Positions 27,146-40,613 are shown, numbered from the stretch's first letter. The stretch: 64,000 nt of DNA from Guillardia theta CCMP2712 (GCF_000315625.1 NW_005434622.1:73506-137505), one strand, 5' to 3'. Made by a program: numbers and translations. The notes: generated by a model from the letters alone, not told the origin.

Positions 27146-27244
27146 TCTTTACTCAAAGTTAAGTTAAAAAACAGTAGAAGAGAAAAGACAGTGAGAATCA
27201 ACTCTTATACGGCCCACTGCTGTCCCCCAAACTTAACTGATACC
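27146..27244 (+). repeat. Dispersed modular repeat, copy 3, after GC-rich island 27040-27115 and about 45 bp upstream of the MFS ATG
   Basis: tctttactcaaagttaagttaaaaaacagtag...aaaagacagtgagaatcaactcttatacggcccactgctgtcccccaaacttaactgatacc. Confidence 0.85.
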
Positions 27245-27289
27245 GCCCGAATTCAGGGAGGTCCTAAAGCCGGACTCGATGGCAGAGCG

Positions 27290-29976
27290 ATGAGCATGTG
27301 GAGAGAGGAGAAGGGAGAAGCGAGAAGAGAAGCGAGCAGAGAAGCGAGGAGAGAAGCGAGCAGAGAAGCGAGCAGAGAAGTGAGCAGAGAAGCGAGAAGA
27401 GAAGCGAGCAGAGAAGCGAGAAGAGAAGCGAGGAGAAGACAGCATCCTTTACATCGGTCACTGAATCTTAGCGGCAAGATCCTATTGTTTGCCCTTGTCC
27501 TCTTCACCTGCGTTGAGTCCTCGACCTCCCTTTCCCATTTTCTCGAACTCGTCGCCCGCAAGTCACTAGCGTTTGGTCGTCCTCCTCCCTTACAGTCCTC
27601 CTTCACTGCTACCAACAAGAGGCTCGCGTGTTCTCATCGATGCACCAGAGGAGACATTAGAGGCACTAGCAGCAAGAGGGTGAAGCCAGCGACGAGATTG
27701 TGGAGGATGCAGCAGCAGAGGGAAAGCAGCACGGAGAGCGCTGAAACCGCATCTAGAGGAAGCAGCGAAACTTCTCAGGTTGCTTCCACCATGTCGTGGG
27801 TTGTTCTTTTCTTGCTCCTGGGCATCAACGTACACAATCAGTGGACGAGGGCTATGGTATACTACCTTGTGAGCTTCAAGATCCCCAAAACAGAGGACAA
27901 CGCGAACAAGTATATGAACATCGACTTGAACTTCGAGGAAGAGCAGTACAGCATCCTTGCATCCTTCGGATTCACTGCTCTCTACACGTTCTGCAGTCTC
28001 ATCGCTGGCCGAGCAAGCGACAAGGGCAACAGAGCCTTCATCGTCCTGGTGGCGGCAGCGGGTTGGTCCCTCGCAACGGCAGGGCAAGGGATCTCGAGGA
28101 GCTTCGAGCAGGTGCTCGCGTTCCGCTCGCTCATGGGAGTGTCGCAAGCGTTCACGAACCCTCCTGCCTACGGGCTCATCGCGTCCTCCTTCCCCGAGTC
28201 TCAGATCGCCACTGCCAACTCCGTCTTCGCCTCCGCCGTCTACATCGGCGGAGCTCTGGCGTCCTTGAGTATCCTCGCAGATCAGCAGGTGGGGTGGAGG
28301 ATGACGTGCCTGGGCTCAGGAGCGCTGGGCTGCCTCCTCGCTGCAGGAGGAGCCTTCTTCCTCCGAGACCCGCGCATGAAGAGGGAGGATGGTGGGCAGC
28401 TGAACGAGCAGACGATGTTGCTGGGCAGCAGAGAGGAGCAGGAGGAGGTGGAGGAGGCAGCGAGTAGCTCTTTCAACTTTCAGAAGCAGATGAGGGAAGG
28501 GCTGGAGGCAATCAAAGGAGTTCTTTCCATCCCCTCCGTCCAGGTGCTGTTTGCAGCCTCTGCCGTCAGGTTCTGCGCAGGCTACGGCATTGGGGTTTGG
28601 AAAGCTCCGCTGTATCGGGAGCTTTTCCCTTCCTCTGAGAGCGAATTCTCCGTGGCCAATGCCTTTGTCATCTCCTGTGGAGGGGTCCTCTCCTCCCTTC
28701 TTGGAGGGGTCCTTGCTGATCGACTGGCTCCGCACGACTACGGAAAGAAGCTTCTGGTTCGTTTCGCTCCTCTGCCCCTTTCTCCTTCCCCCCTCCTTCC
28801 TCTCCTCCCCCCTTCTTCCGCCCCTTCCTCCTTCCCCTCTCCTTCCTCCTTGCCCTCACTTTTCTCCTCGCCTTCCATTCCCTTCCTCCCTACCATCTTC
28901 TAAACTCCACCACTACCTCCTCCTCCCACAACTCCTCCAAAGGCAAACTGCCCCACTCTCCTCGCTTTCTCTGCCTTTCTCTCCTTGGCTTTTGCTCACC
29001 CTGAACTTTCCTCAGATCCCAGCTGTCGGCAGCATCCTTGCCGTCCCCTTCTGGATTGGAGCATGCAAGGCTGACAGGTTTGCTCGCCACCTCCTCCTCT
29101 TCCACCACCACCACCACCACCACCACCACCTCCTCCTCCTCCTCCTCCTCCTCCTCCTCCTCCTTCTGCCTCGCACTAAGAACATCCCCAGCTTCACTCA
29201 CAGCATCTCCCTCCTCTTCCTCGAGTACATCGTTGCTGAGTGCTGGTTCGGCCCCACCCTCGCCGCGCTCTTCAAGGTGAAGGAGGAGGAGGCAGAAAGG
29301 TTTTTCTCACACACTAGCAGAGTGTTCCGCGAGAAATTCAGGGGACAGCGCAGGTGAGGAGGGAAGGGAAGAAGAAGAGGGAAGTGGGAAGGAAGAGAAA
29401 GGAAAGAGAGGAGGCAGAGGGAGAGTCGGGGAGGGAGGAAAGGGAGGAGAAGGTAGAAGGACGGAAGAAGGAGGAAGGGAGCAGGGAGGAAGGGAGGAGG
29501 AGGGATGGGCTTACAAGGACCCATAGGGGCTGTTCTCTGTGCTGGGTGCAATCGGGAACATCATGCCAGTGGTGATAGGAAGGTGAGGAGGAGGAGGAGC
29601 GGGAGTTACTGTGGGGGAGGAGACGGGAAGGGCGTTGGGAATGTTGTGTGTGCATGAGGAGGAGAGTGGAATGGGAAATGGGAGGGAAGACGGGGAGGAG
29701 GAGGAGGAGGAGGAGGAGGAGGAGGAGGAGGAGGAGGAGGAGGAGGAGGAGGAGGAGGAGGAGGAGGAGGAGGTTGTCTTACTGGAGTCTTTAGCCTGCA
29801 AAAGGATCATCCTCTCCCCGACGTCCTCGCTGTACTTGCTGCTCCTGCTGCTCCTGCCTCGTCAATCTGACGCTCCTCAGGTTTCTGTCTCGGCCGCGTA
29901 CCTCGTGAGCGGAATCTTGTTCTTCGTAGCGAGTCAGATGATTCAGCCGCCTACAAGAGGCCACAGGGAAGCATAA
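27290..29976 (+). CDS. Major facilitator superfamily transporter (Spinster-like) with a long N-terminal extension, possibly a bipartite plastid-targeting presequence
   Basis: LIAGRASDKGNR motif A, FRSLMGVSQAFTNPPAYGLIASSFP, LLGGVLADRL and multiple TM helices. The N-terminus has REAS/REAR repeats, a hydrophobic stretch and a Ser/Arg-rich segment. 3' exons are interrupted by microsatellite introns. Confidence 0.85.
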
Positions 29977-30044
29977 CTGACTTGGTGAAGTTTGTCGCTT
30001 GTGGAGACGACAAACAGAGCTCTTTCGTCCATGTTTGCACTTTC

Positions 30045-30102
<58 letters not shown>

Positions 30103-30391
30103 GTGGAAGTGAGAAGGAAGGATGGGGGAGAGAGAGAAAATGGGGAGGAAGAGGGAAGATGAAGAAAAGGACAGGTGATTGGATGAAATCAAACTCGAAA
30201 AGCAACTTGGGGATCAGGAAGGGACGAGGAGGGACAAGTCGGAGAGTCACTGTTGTATTAAAGAGATATCCACATGGCGGGCTGAAAAAGATCAAGAAAA
30301 GACAATCATCGCCATACAACATGGCAACCTTGCATCATCATCATCCTCATCCTCTTCATCATCATCATAATCGTCGTTGTCGTCGTCATCA

Positions 30392-31051
30392 TCATTCAGC
30401 TGAAATAACTTCGTCGACAATTTTCTTAATCTTGTCCTTGTACTTATCAGTGTCGATCTCGTACTTCTCCTTCAGCTGCTCCCTCACCTGCCAACCTCTC
30501 ACTCGCCCTCTACCTCCTCCCCTGCTCCCCTCCCCTCCTCTCCCTCATCCTCTCGTCTGCTCTCCCTCCTTCTCTCCTCTCCTCTCGCTCACGTTGCGCA
30601 GCGTCAGCGTATCCATGTCGGCGCCGTCGCAGATCTCTTTGACATGCTTCTTGATCTTGCCGAGCATCTCTGCTTCCTCTCCCTTGATCAAGGGCTCGTC
30701 CTCCTCCTCCTCCTCCTTCAAGAATCAGCGGCTGCAGTGAACGGCGGGTGGGGGGCGGAGTAGGAGAGCAAGGAGGATCAAGAAGGAGGAGGTGGGATCA
30801 CGTAAGGATGGGTAAAGGATGAAGGAGGGGGGGGGAACAGAAAAGAGGGAGAGAGAAGGAAAGGAGGGAAGGAGAGCAGGAGGGAAGGAGGAGAGGAGGA
30901 GGAGAGGAGCGCGGGTGACGGATGAGGAGAGAGGACCTCTTTGTTCTTCTTTCCTGCCTTCTTCGTCTCCTTCTTAGCTTTCTTCTTGGGTCGCTGCATC
31001 GGCTTTAGATTAAGATCAGGCTAATCCAAAACTGCACTGACCTTCTCTTCC

Positions 31052-31116
<65 letters not shown>

Positions 31117-32915
31117 CTGTAGAGAGTCAGCTTTGCGATGGACTTCCTCTGTCTACCTTCTTCTTCCCTTTTCCCTTGGCCTTGCTCGCTGGGGACTGAT
31201 CAGGGGTCAGAGGGCAGGAGCAGCAGTTGGAGACGAGGACCTTGGTCTTTGACTTCTTGGCAGACTTCTTGCTGCTGGTCTTGCTCTTGCTCTTCTTGGG
31301 TGCAGATTTTGACTTGGAGGAGACGGTCTTGCAGACAGTGGCTGAAGGTTTCTTGAGGAAAGTGAAGAGTCGATCGACAAGGTCTTTCTGCATATCACCA
31401 GTCATCCAATCTCCTCTCCTCCCCTCCTCTCCTCTCCTCTCCTCTCCTCTCCTCTCCTCTCCTTCTGCTCGCCTCCCCTCCTCTTCTCTCCTTCTCTTCA
31501 CTCCGCCCTTTCCCCTCTTCTCCACTTACATGAACTCCGCTCCTCTCCAGCGCGAGACATTCCATGATGCCCTTGAGATCCTTCATCTGCTTCTTCTGCA
31601 GGCGAGCAAAGAATGCTTCTTCAGCTTTCTGTTATGTTGGTCAGTCAGTCAGTCAGGCAGGAAGGCAGGCAGGAAGGCAGGCAGGATGGAAGGATGGAGG
31701 GAGGGAAAGCAGCGGGAATTAGCGGGAGGCAGGAGGCAAGGCAGGNNNNNNNNNNNNNNNNNNNNNNNNNNNNNNNNNNNNNNNNNNNNNNNNNNNNNNN
31801 NNNNNNNNNNNNNNNNNNNNNNNNNNNNNNNNNNNNNNNNNNNNNGAGGGAGGGAGGGAGGACCCCAATCACCTTGTCCTCGAAGCTCATCCCTCTGAAC
31901 TCCATCAGGTTCTGTTTCATCGCCTTGGGCTGCAGGGCAAGTCAGTCCAACCCGTCAAGACTTGTCGGCGAGTCAACCTGATCGACACGACGGAACAGCA
32001 TCTTGTGAAGGACTTTGATGGGATCGTTTATGTCGCTCTTCTTCACCGTGTGGTTGGTCAGGCTGTTGACGACTGGACAGCATCGTGACTTAACATCCCC
32101 GTCTCATCCATCATCCCCGACCTGACTGGATGTCCCCCAGCCGCTTTCCGTCTCCCTATGGCTGCTCGTCAAACATCCCAAGGGCCTCAGCTGGTATCAC
32201 CTGGGGGATGACGATCTCTTCCTTGTCCTTGGAGCTCGTGTCAGGGTGAAAGTGCTCCGACGACTTGCGCTGCCTGCACAGGCGGTCAGGTCGAGACAGG
32301 AAACAAACCTTGTCACCTCTTGGCTCCAGCTTCCACTTCCCAATAAGCTCCCGCCTTCTTGGATTCCTCCTCCTCCTCCTCCTCCTCCTCTTTCTTGGCC
32401 TGCTCGTCAGTTAGATGTGTCGCACACTTGTCGTCGTTGCCCAGCACATTCTTTGCAGTCCTTCCTCTTTTGGTGGGGGTCGCCTCTGGTTCCTCCTGCT
32501 CTGCTTCCTGAGGACAAGCTCGTGACCCTCATCTCGGCCATGTGCTTCAAGACCTTCTTTGGCTTCCTTCCGCGCTTGGAAGGAGTGTTAGGATTGGACG
32601 TCGATCCTTTGCCGGCATCCTTTGCCATCGTTTACAGCAGGCCCAGCCGTGGGATTCCCTTACCTTGTCCTCGTTGGAATGGTTCTCGGAATCCTCCTTT
32701 TCTCCTCTTTCTGTTTCAACACACGTCAAGAACAGCCGCAAGGAAGCAAGCTGCGATCACAGTCGGTTCTTCTTCCTTCTTCTCGATCTCCTGACCATAC
32801 GTCAGGATCGCACGTAGCACAATGTTAGGACCACCTTGGTCTCTTCTTTCTCTTCGACCTTGGAAGTGTCTTGAGCCTTGGGCTCTGACTCCGTCTTGTC
32901 TTCTGTCGCCGTCAT
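30392..32915 (-). CDS. DEK: DEK-family chromatin protein (acidic and basic tracts, SAP-like region, DEK-C domain)
   Basis: MTATEDKTESEPK..., G.RLGD, IKVLHKMLFRR, MKQNLMEFRG, LKGIMECLALERSG|KDLVDRLFTFLKKP, Lys/Ser- and Glu-rich tracts, and C-terminal EMLGKIKKHVKEICDGADMDTLTLRN|REQLKEKYEIDTDKYKDKIKKIVDEVISAE*. Confidence 0.8.
31746..31845. other. Assembly gap (100 N) inside a DEK intron
   Basis: Run of 100 n. Confidence 1.
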
Positions 32916-34093
32916 TTTTCAAGCTGCACCAATGGATCAGCCACAGAACTTACAACAAGATACTGCAAGCTTGAGCTGTTTGAAAGTTTCTCTTTGCCCC
33001 GCCTCTGAAACACTCTCAATCCTCTCGATCGTTCACTGCCTCTGCTATCCCTCCCCCCACCCACCCCCCCTTCACTTGGGCACGAGGATGAAAGGAAGAT
33101 GCAACGATGTAGGGGTGCTGATCAACAGTCAATCCCTATTCTCTCCGCATCTTGATGTAGCATGAAAAGTAATGGTACAACACTCAGCATCGCAGAGTTG
33201 AGCTCATTTCCAACTGTTCTTGTTGGAAATCACCCAGCTCTGATAGTACAACATCCTCTTGAATGTATCGTCACAATTGAAACAGCTAAAATTCGGCCAT
33301 TACCCAGACCTGCTCCTACTTTCTCCTGCATTCCCCTCTATCAATCTGATCCAATCTCTCGATCCTTTCGCTCTATCAGTCCATCTTCTCACTCACTGCT
33401 CTATCGAACTCCTCACTCTCCTCTCTTTCAACTCCTCTCCTATCTCTCTCCCTCTCTCTCCCTCTCTCCCTTCTCTTCCTTCGCCGCTACTAATCTTCGC
33501 CTGTCCTCCAGCATGACGGGCTTCGCTTCTTCCCGCCAATCCCTACACCACCCCATAGAATTCACCCCCTTTACTGACACCCCCATTTTCCCCTTCTCTT
33601 ATACCCCTAGTCAAGAGCCGTGCACCCGTTCACTTACCAATATAACTACCCCACCTGTATCTGGTACCCCACCCCATCAGATTCAAATTTTTCGCCAGAT
33701 ATTCTGTACAGCACCGGAAGGAACTAGCCAGAGGTGAGAAGTTTCAACGACTTTCAACTCGTGTGCTGTCACATGTTCATACATAAGATGTGACAACCTG
33801 TGCGATGTGAAAAGAGGAGAGGAGAGGAGAGGAGGGGAGGGGAGGGGAGGAGAGGAGAGGAGAGGAGAGGTTCGCAGTATTCGTTGCTTCAGGATTGATT
33901 CGCGTGCCACAGATGTAGTCTTAAATACAATCAGCGGCTTTTGATTTCACTTACAAAAAAGATACTTCAGATTCCTCGCTTGTCAAACCTGCAGCGCTAG
34001 GCACGTTTGCGGCCGCTTTGATCGTGCCGACAGCCTTTACCGGCACAAGTCCCAAACTACCCCAGGTCACCATCGGCTGGGGTGAAGATCACC

Positions 34094-35733
34094 TCAGCTG
34101 GACTTCTTGCTGGACTCGTCCAGACGTCTTCGCAGCTCGGCAATTACCAGGTCCTTACCTTCGATCTGCAGACAAGCAGAGAGACGAGTCAGGCTCTTTT
34201 AGTGTCAGCGACCACAGCCAGCACCTCCAGAGCTAGCTCCTTGACCTTCCGCTCGCTTTCCATCGCCGCTTCCTCCCAGATCTTTGCCTGCAGCGAGAGG
34301 ACGTCAGAGGGAGCGATCGCTGAGAGCAGCGCATGGATACCTCAGTCATCGACGGCTGCTCCTGCTTCGTATCGTCCTGCGGTTGCGGCGTCAGCATCTA
34401 TGACCAGGAGGGATGTGAAAGCTGCTGCTGATCTCACTTGAGATTTCCGTGCCACTTCCTCGAGCTGAACGAGCAAGGCCTGACAGGAGAACAGGTCTCA
34501 GACGAGGAGAGGAGGAGGAGGAGGAGGAGGAGGACGAACGTTTCGCAGCGCTGCCACAGTGCTCTGCAACACTGCCACCTGCGGCATTCAAATGATGAGA
34601 TAATCAACATCGTTGAAACAGAAAAAGCCAACCTCCCGCTCTGACTTCACGGCTCTTTCTCTGAGAGACTGGACAAGCTCCGCATGTAGCTCTTCTTGCG
34701 TCGTACTCGTATCGTCTTCCTTCGCTTCATCGGCAGGTCGCTGAATGCAAGCGAGCGGAGTCAGAGAGGGTAAGGAGCGAGAACCAGGAGAAATAAGTCT
34801 GACCTGCCCTTCCCCCATAATGACCTTGTTGTACGTCCCTTGCATGTCTGACAACGATCATGAAACAGCTCAACATACGCTCATTGCTCCACCTTCAATC
34901 TGACTCTCGAGCTCGCGGATCCTGTTGTTAGCCTGCACACAAGCTTGTTCAGCACTGACCGCATTCCTCGGCCACCGCACGTTTTGTAGCGAGACTTCCT
35001 TCTCCTGCAGCTCGTTCTGTGCGGCAGCGAGCTGTACACCATTGCGACAAGTCACAGACAGCTTTCGGCATGGTAGAGAGCAAGAGACTGACCTGGGCAT
35101 TCAGAGTTTGAACATGGGCTACCTCCCTTCCTAGCTCCTTTCGAACCTGCGACGACTGTAAGAAACGAGACCCCGAAAAGGAGTGCCGCACCGTGAACAG
35201 AACATCTGTAATCTTGCTGATTTCCTGAGACAACAAGGGTCAGCATGTGAGCAGATGTTTGGTAACAATCTTTATCAGATCTCCTGCTTCGGTTACCTCG
35301 TTCTTGGCCGTCAAGCTGGCTCGGAACAACTCCTCCTGCGAACAGCGCCATCATTCTCCATGTCAAGACATGCCATAGATTCGCTCTGTACCGAGTTCTC
35401 GAGCATCTTTGCGGCTGTGTTTCGATTTGCATTCGAGGCAAACGACTGGTATGACCGTCAGCCAGAGATTCTCGTAACTTTAGGTCAAACGTTGTTTTCT
35501 ACGTTGGAAGCGCTGCTTTCAGACTGCCATTCAACGTCCTCAATCAGAGAGCGATTAGACGACATGGCAAAGACCTTCTTGCCGAACAAGGACATGGGCA
35601 TCCTCAATCCTGCTGCAGCCATTTTGCAGGCTAGTCGATTCGATAGAACCCCGGGATCAGAGCTGCAGGAAACGTCATTTTCTGTCAGGAACACAGACAT
35701 CTTGTCAGTGTAGAGAGGCTCGTATTCCATCAA
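34094..35733 (-). CDS. Hypothetical coiled-coil protein, multi-exon
   Basis: Heptad-rich exons (QLAAAQNELQEKEVSLQN, ANNRIRELESQIE, LQIEGKDLVIAELRRRLDESSKKSS*) with short GT-AG introns. Start uncertain. Confidence 0.55.
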
Positions 35734-36809
35734 GCATCATGCCAACGAGTGGACAGGATTCTTTGTGGTTCAAAGAGGGTTGCGATAGTCAAGGGTGTTC
35801 GCCTCGACATCTATCACTTTCCCCCTCATGCAAAAGGCTCCCGCCACTCTCTCCAGTTTGTTGCATGAAATGGTCTTAGTCACTGATGATTGCACATGTT
35901 CAAACATGCTCGGCTCTGAGCATGGTTGCCTCTATCTCTTACTCCCTGCCATCGCCTCCATTCTTCTCCTTCACCTTCTTCTGCATCTTCCTCGTTCATA
36001 CAATTACCCCACAACCATTTGCTCCCCCAGAAAGCCTTTCTACCCCCACCCCCCACTTCCTATCCATTTCCTAGTCATCCTACCCCCTCCTCTCCACCAC
36101 CCGTTCTACGCCCCCTTGCACCCACCCATATTCACCCCCCTCATCTCCCTCATCCCACTCTTACCCTCATCCCCTCACATACTATCAATTCGTTACAATC
36201 CTCCAAAGCCGTTACAAGCTTTCGACAAAATTTGAAAAGTCTGCGATTCGGGGACAATTCAAATACGTGAAAGTGGCAAAACTTTAAAATTATTTGAAAA
36301 TCTTGTCGAAAGGTTTGAAATATTCAGCATAGATTCTATGGTACGTTGGTTCATACCTTAAACAATTGTTTTAAAAAGACCACTAAAATTATTTTTTAAA
36401 GAGGCTCAGAACAAAATACATCTATATAAAAATAAATGTGTTTTACAAAAAAGATCTACCACCCCTACCTGTCCTTCGTTGGACCGATACGGGGGTATGT
36501 TTACCCCACCCCTCCTGGTAGCCGAAATGGTAGCACGAAGTAGAAGCAGGAGCAGAATGGCAAGAACAGAGACTTGCATGAACTCGTGCAAGTTATCTGC
36601 TCACGTATCTGTGACATCTCTGACTGGTTGTGTCTGATTCTCCACATTGGTTGCTTGATCGTGTGGGGTTCGATCCAACACATCACAAACTGAAGCGTTT
36701 TTCGCTGTTGTCCGTCCGTACTTGTCCTCTCTCGTTCCAAGTTAGTGGAAGAGAAAATGTTGGTGACGAGTCTTGTTTTGGCCATTGAATATCAGAGATT
36801 GCACAGGAT

Positions 36810-39800
36810 GTTCGCAACTGATATGATTCTTTGTGTAGGGATGATGGAAAACCAATCCTGTCAAGCGGGGCTTTCACTTCAGCCACAAGTCTGAGCAGAT
36901 TCTTGAAGCATGAGCACGAGTTGTACCTTACGTCTGAGAAGCATTCTTTGTCCTTGCTGTGTGCAAGCTGGAGCTCGAACCTACCTTCGTCTAGTTGACA
37001 ACCGATGCGCCACTACGCAGCAGCATCTCAAGGAGGTGGAAGCTTTCGTTGTGTTCGAATGCGTCAAGTTCCTCTATCTCGTCCAGGTGCGAGTCTCTGA
37101 TGTGCCTGACGTTCTTGACTGACATGCTGCCACGTGTCTTAGAGCGAGGGAGAGGATGAAGACTGGATCCCGTCCCTCTGCGCTCGTTTGTTGATCCTCT
37201 TCTACCATGACCCGTCCAGCGTAGAAGAGTACCTCCCGCAAATCTGCCACCTCCTAGTGGCGTTTCCGAGGCCCTGCATGGCGTTGGAAGTTGCGGTAGG
37301 AGGATGATCTCTCGTCTTGCTCCTCATTCTTCGCAGGTGCTTCACATGTGCACCAGATCCCTGCACTTTGCGCTCAACGTCCACTGGGCGCTTCTATGTG
37401 CCATTGAGGACTGCAACAGCTACGTCGGCACCAACTCCATGGCTGTGGTTGGGCCTGTGGCAGCAGCGTCAGGGTGTGAGTCGAAGAAGGGAGAGCATGA
37501 CAGTCGACCGGCGCGCCTGATTCTGTGCGTGTATGCTGCCATCAACGAGCGAACCAGGAGTAAGGGGCTTCCTGGCTTCGCTTCTCCCAACAAGTACCTC
37601 TCCAGCATCCTCGAGCAGCACAGGGGAGACGCCTTGTCCTCCATCACCCAGGCTCTGTGCGGGTTCCAGGGCTCGAGCTCGAGCTCGCGCGCCTCCGCTT
37701 CCGATTCATCGCCTCCTCTCAACTCCATGAGCGACAGCGCAAACCTCGCAGGCTCCAAGGGATCGTCCCCTCCAGAGTTCACTTGCATAGTGCAGGTCAA
37801 TGCAGACTCGCTGCAGGACAGCAAGAAGTTGTTGAAGAGTGTGCAAGATCATGACGATGTCGACGTGGGCAGCCGCAAGCTCGTCAACTGGATCAGGGGT
37901 GTGAACTCCAAGAACGGGACGTTCTTCTACTCTGAGCTGTTCTTCATCCAACAACTTACCGACATCGCTGAAGCTCTCCGGTTGGAGACGCTGCACCTGA
38001 GGGCTGCCCGGCTCCACATCATGCTGGGCAGGATCAATGCCTTCTTGGAGAGCAGGGATGTGTACATTCCCCTCTGCTCCTCTTCTTCCTTCTTCTACAA
38101 GGTTGTGCGCATTCCCCCCGATCAAGCCAAAGTCTTTACAACCGCGACCAGATGTCCGTACATGATCATGGTGGAGACTATCAGAACTCTGAGGAAATGC
38201 TCAGCTCCCGATCTGGACCCTGTTCAGAGGCTGCGGAGGTACACGAACGAGGTAGGGTTCAAGGCTGCGGTTGTGCGGGATGGGTTCATGGACGAGATCA
38301 GGACCATCTCTTCGGGAGCTTGTCTTGGTGCCAACTTGGTGCCTCGGCCCCTAGCTTCTCCTTCCAATGTGTCGCCGCTACGGAAACCCCTCATGGATTC
38401 CCCGACCGCCAGGATGGAGGACGACGGTCTGTCCCCGAAGCTGCTCAGCTTCGACAGTCTGCAGGAGGCTGAGACTGCAACAAACTCGGACAAGCTGCTG
38501 GAAGAAGCTGAAGACGAAGACAGGATGCAGCCGCAGGTCTCTAGAGCTGCACACATCGCGCACGCGTCGGAGGGTGAAGGGGATGCCCTGGGCTCGAAGG
38601 AGGAGGAGCAGGAAGAGAGCAAGCAGCTGTCACGGGAGATAGCTAACACCCTCTCCAAGGACTCGCACGTTGGAGTGTCAGGAGGTGGATGGAGCATGTC
38701 GATGACAGGGTCTGGCAGGTTTCAGGAGGTAGCGAAACTTTTTCCTGTGCTTCCTCTGGTACGCGCTGAAACGGTGATGGCAGGAGACGTGGGAGAACAA
38801 GAAAGAGAGGATTCGCCTGAGCTCGCCCTTCGGGAGCAGGAGAGGATATTCCATCCAGACTGTCATCGTTAAGAGCTTCGACGACGTCCGGCAGGAGGCG
38901 TTCGCCATGCAGCTCATTCAGCTGATACACAAGTGCGCTTCTCCCTCCCCACGTTGGCTCTCGTCTGACTCTGATCCTCTATCTCTGTCTCCCCAGCACG
39001 TGGCAGAAGGAGGAGCTCCCCGTCAAGATCTTTCCTTACAGGATCCTCGCCACCTCTGCCGGCACGGGGATCATCCAGGGGCTGACGGACGCAGTCAGCC
39101 TGGACTCGCTGAAGCAGCAGGCTGGCTTCACCTCCCTCTCCTCTCACTTCCAGCGAATCTACGGGAAGGAGAGCGAGGCCTTCCGCCGAGCCACCGCAAA
39201 CTTCCTCCAGGTGGGAGAGAGCCCGGGTAGTCTTGTGCTGACCCTCCAGCAGAGTTTGGCAGGGTACTCGATCCTTTGCCATGTGCTGCAGGTCAAGGAT
39301 CGACACAACGGGAACATCCTCATTGACAGCAAAGGTCACATGATCCACATCGACTTCGGCTACATCCTCGGTAAGGGAGCAGGAGAGGAAGCAGAAGGGG
39401 GGGCAGAAGGGGGGGCAAGAGTAAGAGCAGGAGAGGGGGCAGGATTGGGGGCAGGGGCTGGAGCAGGAGGAGGAGCAGGAGCAGGAGGAGTGCGGGAGTT
39501 GACATGGGGTTGGAGGTTTGAGCCCGGGAAACATGGGGTTTGAAACAGCTCCCTTCAAGCTAACGGACGAGTACGTGGAGCTGCTGGGGGGCGTCGGGTG
39601 CGTGCGAGGAGGAGGGAGGGGAGGGGAGGCTGTTGACGTCTGGACTTGTAGGTCGGAGAGCTGGAAGAGGTTTGTGTCTCACTGCAAGGCTGCCTTCCTG
39701 TCTCTGAGGCGGATTCACCATCGTCTCGCCGCTCTGATGGAGCTGATGATGTTCAACTCGAACCTGCCCTGCTCCAGGTCCCCCCGACCAAGTCGATGCT

Positions 39801-40187
39801 GATGCTGATGCTCTGATCAGGGTAGGGAAGAACCGAATCGTCCAAAACTTCGTCGCCAGGTTGTTGGATACCTTGTTCTACTCCTACTCCTACTTCCACT
39901 CCTCACACCTTTCTCCTCCTCCTCCTCCTCCTCCTCCTCCTCCTCCAATCCCCTTTTCTTTCCTTCTTGCCCGCTTCGAGAGCTGACGTGGTTTCAGGTT
40001 GTACCTTGAGATGTCGAATGAAGAGTGCGAGAAGAAGGTAGGAGGAAGAAACTGCTCGCATGGCGGTGAGGAGGAGAAGTGAGTTGATGAGCTGCAGGTG
40101 GAAGAACTCATCAACCTGTCGGTGAACAACTGGCGGACATCGCAATATGACAACTACCAGAAGCTTGTGAACAAGATCATGCCGTGA
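36810..40187 (+). CDS. PI4KB: Phosphatidylinositol 4-kinase type III beta (PIK1-like)
   Basis: VEEYLPQICHLL (helical region), VVRIPPDQAKVFTTATRCPYMIMVE, VIVKSFDDVRQEAFAMQLI, SLAGYSILCHVLQVKDRHNGNILIDSKGHMIHIDFG, PGNMGFETAPFKLT and NWRTSQYDNYQKLVNKIMP*. 5' end approximate. Confidence 0.88.
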
Positions 40188-40447
40188 AGATGTGACGATG
40201 ATGAAAATGATGATGATGATGATGATGATGTTTGCTGGTGTTTGAGTTGGGAGATTATTCTTTTTTGAGTGTTGATAAGCATGTACATACACAGTAACTT
40301 TACAAACTGGTGGATGAAGGAGGAAGGGGGACAAGGAGGAGATGGAGAACAAGGGGAAAGCGGATTGGGGATGAGATACAGGACGAGAGTTTCTGAAAGA
40401 GGCGCGAAGAAGGGGGGAAAAGATGAAAGGGAGGGGGAGCGAAGACG

Positions 40448-40483
<36 letters not shown>

Positions 40484-40490
40484 GGTCAGT

Positions 40491-40613
40491 GAGATCATAC
40501 GAATCCGTTTCCACGAGCAGGAGATCATACGAATCCGTTTCCACGAGCAGGAGATCATACGAATCCGTTTCCACGAGCAGGAGATCATACGAATCCGTTT
40601 CCACGAGCAGGAG
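40491..40613 (+). repeat. Perfect 30-bp tandem repeat x4 (gagatcatacgaatccgtttccacgagcag)
   Basis: Units start at 40491, 40521, 40551 and 40581. Confidence 0.97.

Noticed and set aside
27146-27244. Modular repeat as a spliced-leader RNA or snRNA gene
   Set aside because: No conserved GT donor plus Sm site could be identified, and the copies are internally deleted or inverted, unlike functional RNA genes. Cannot be fully excluded without transcript data.
40491-40613. 30-bp repeat as a CRISPR array
   Set aside because: No spacers; a tandem duplication of local sequence.
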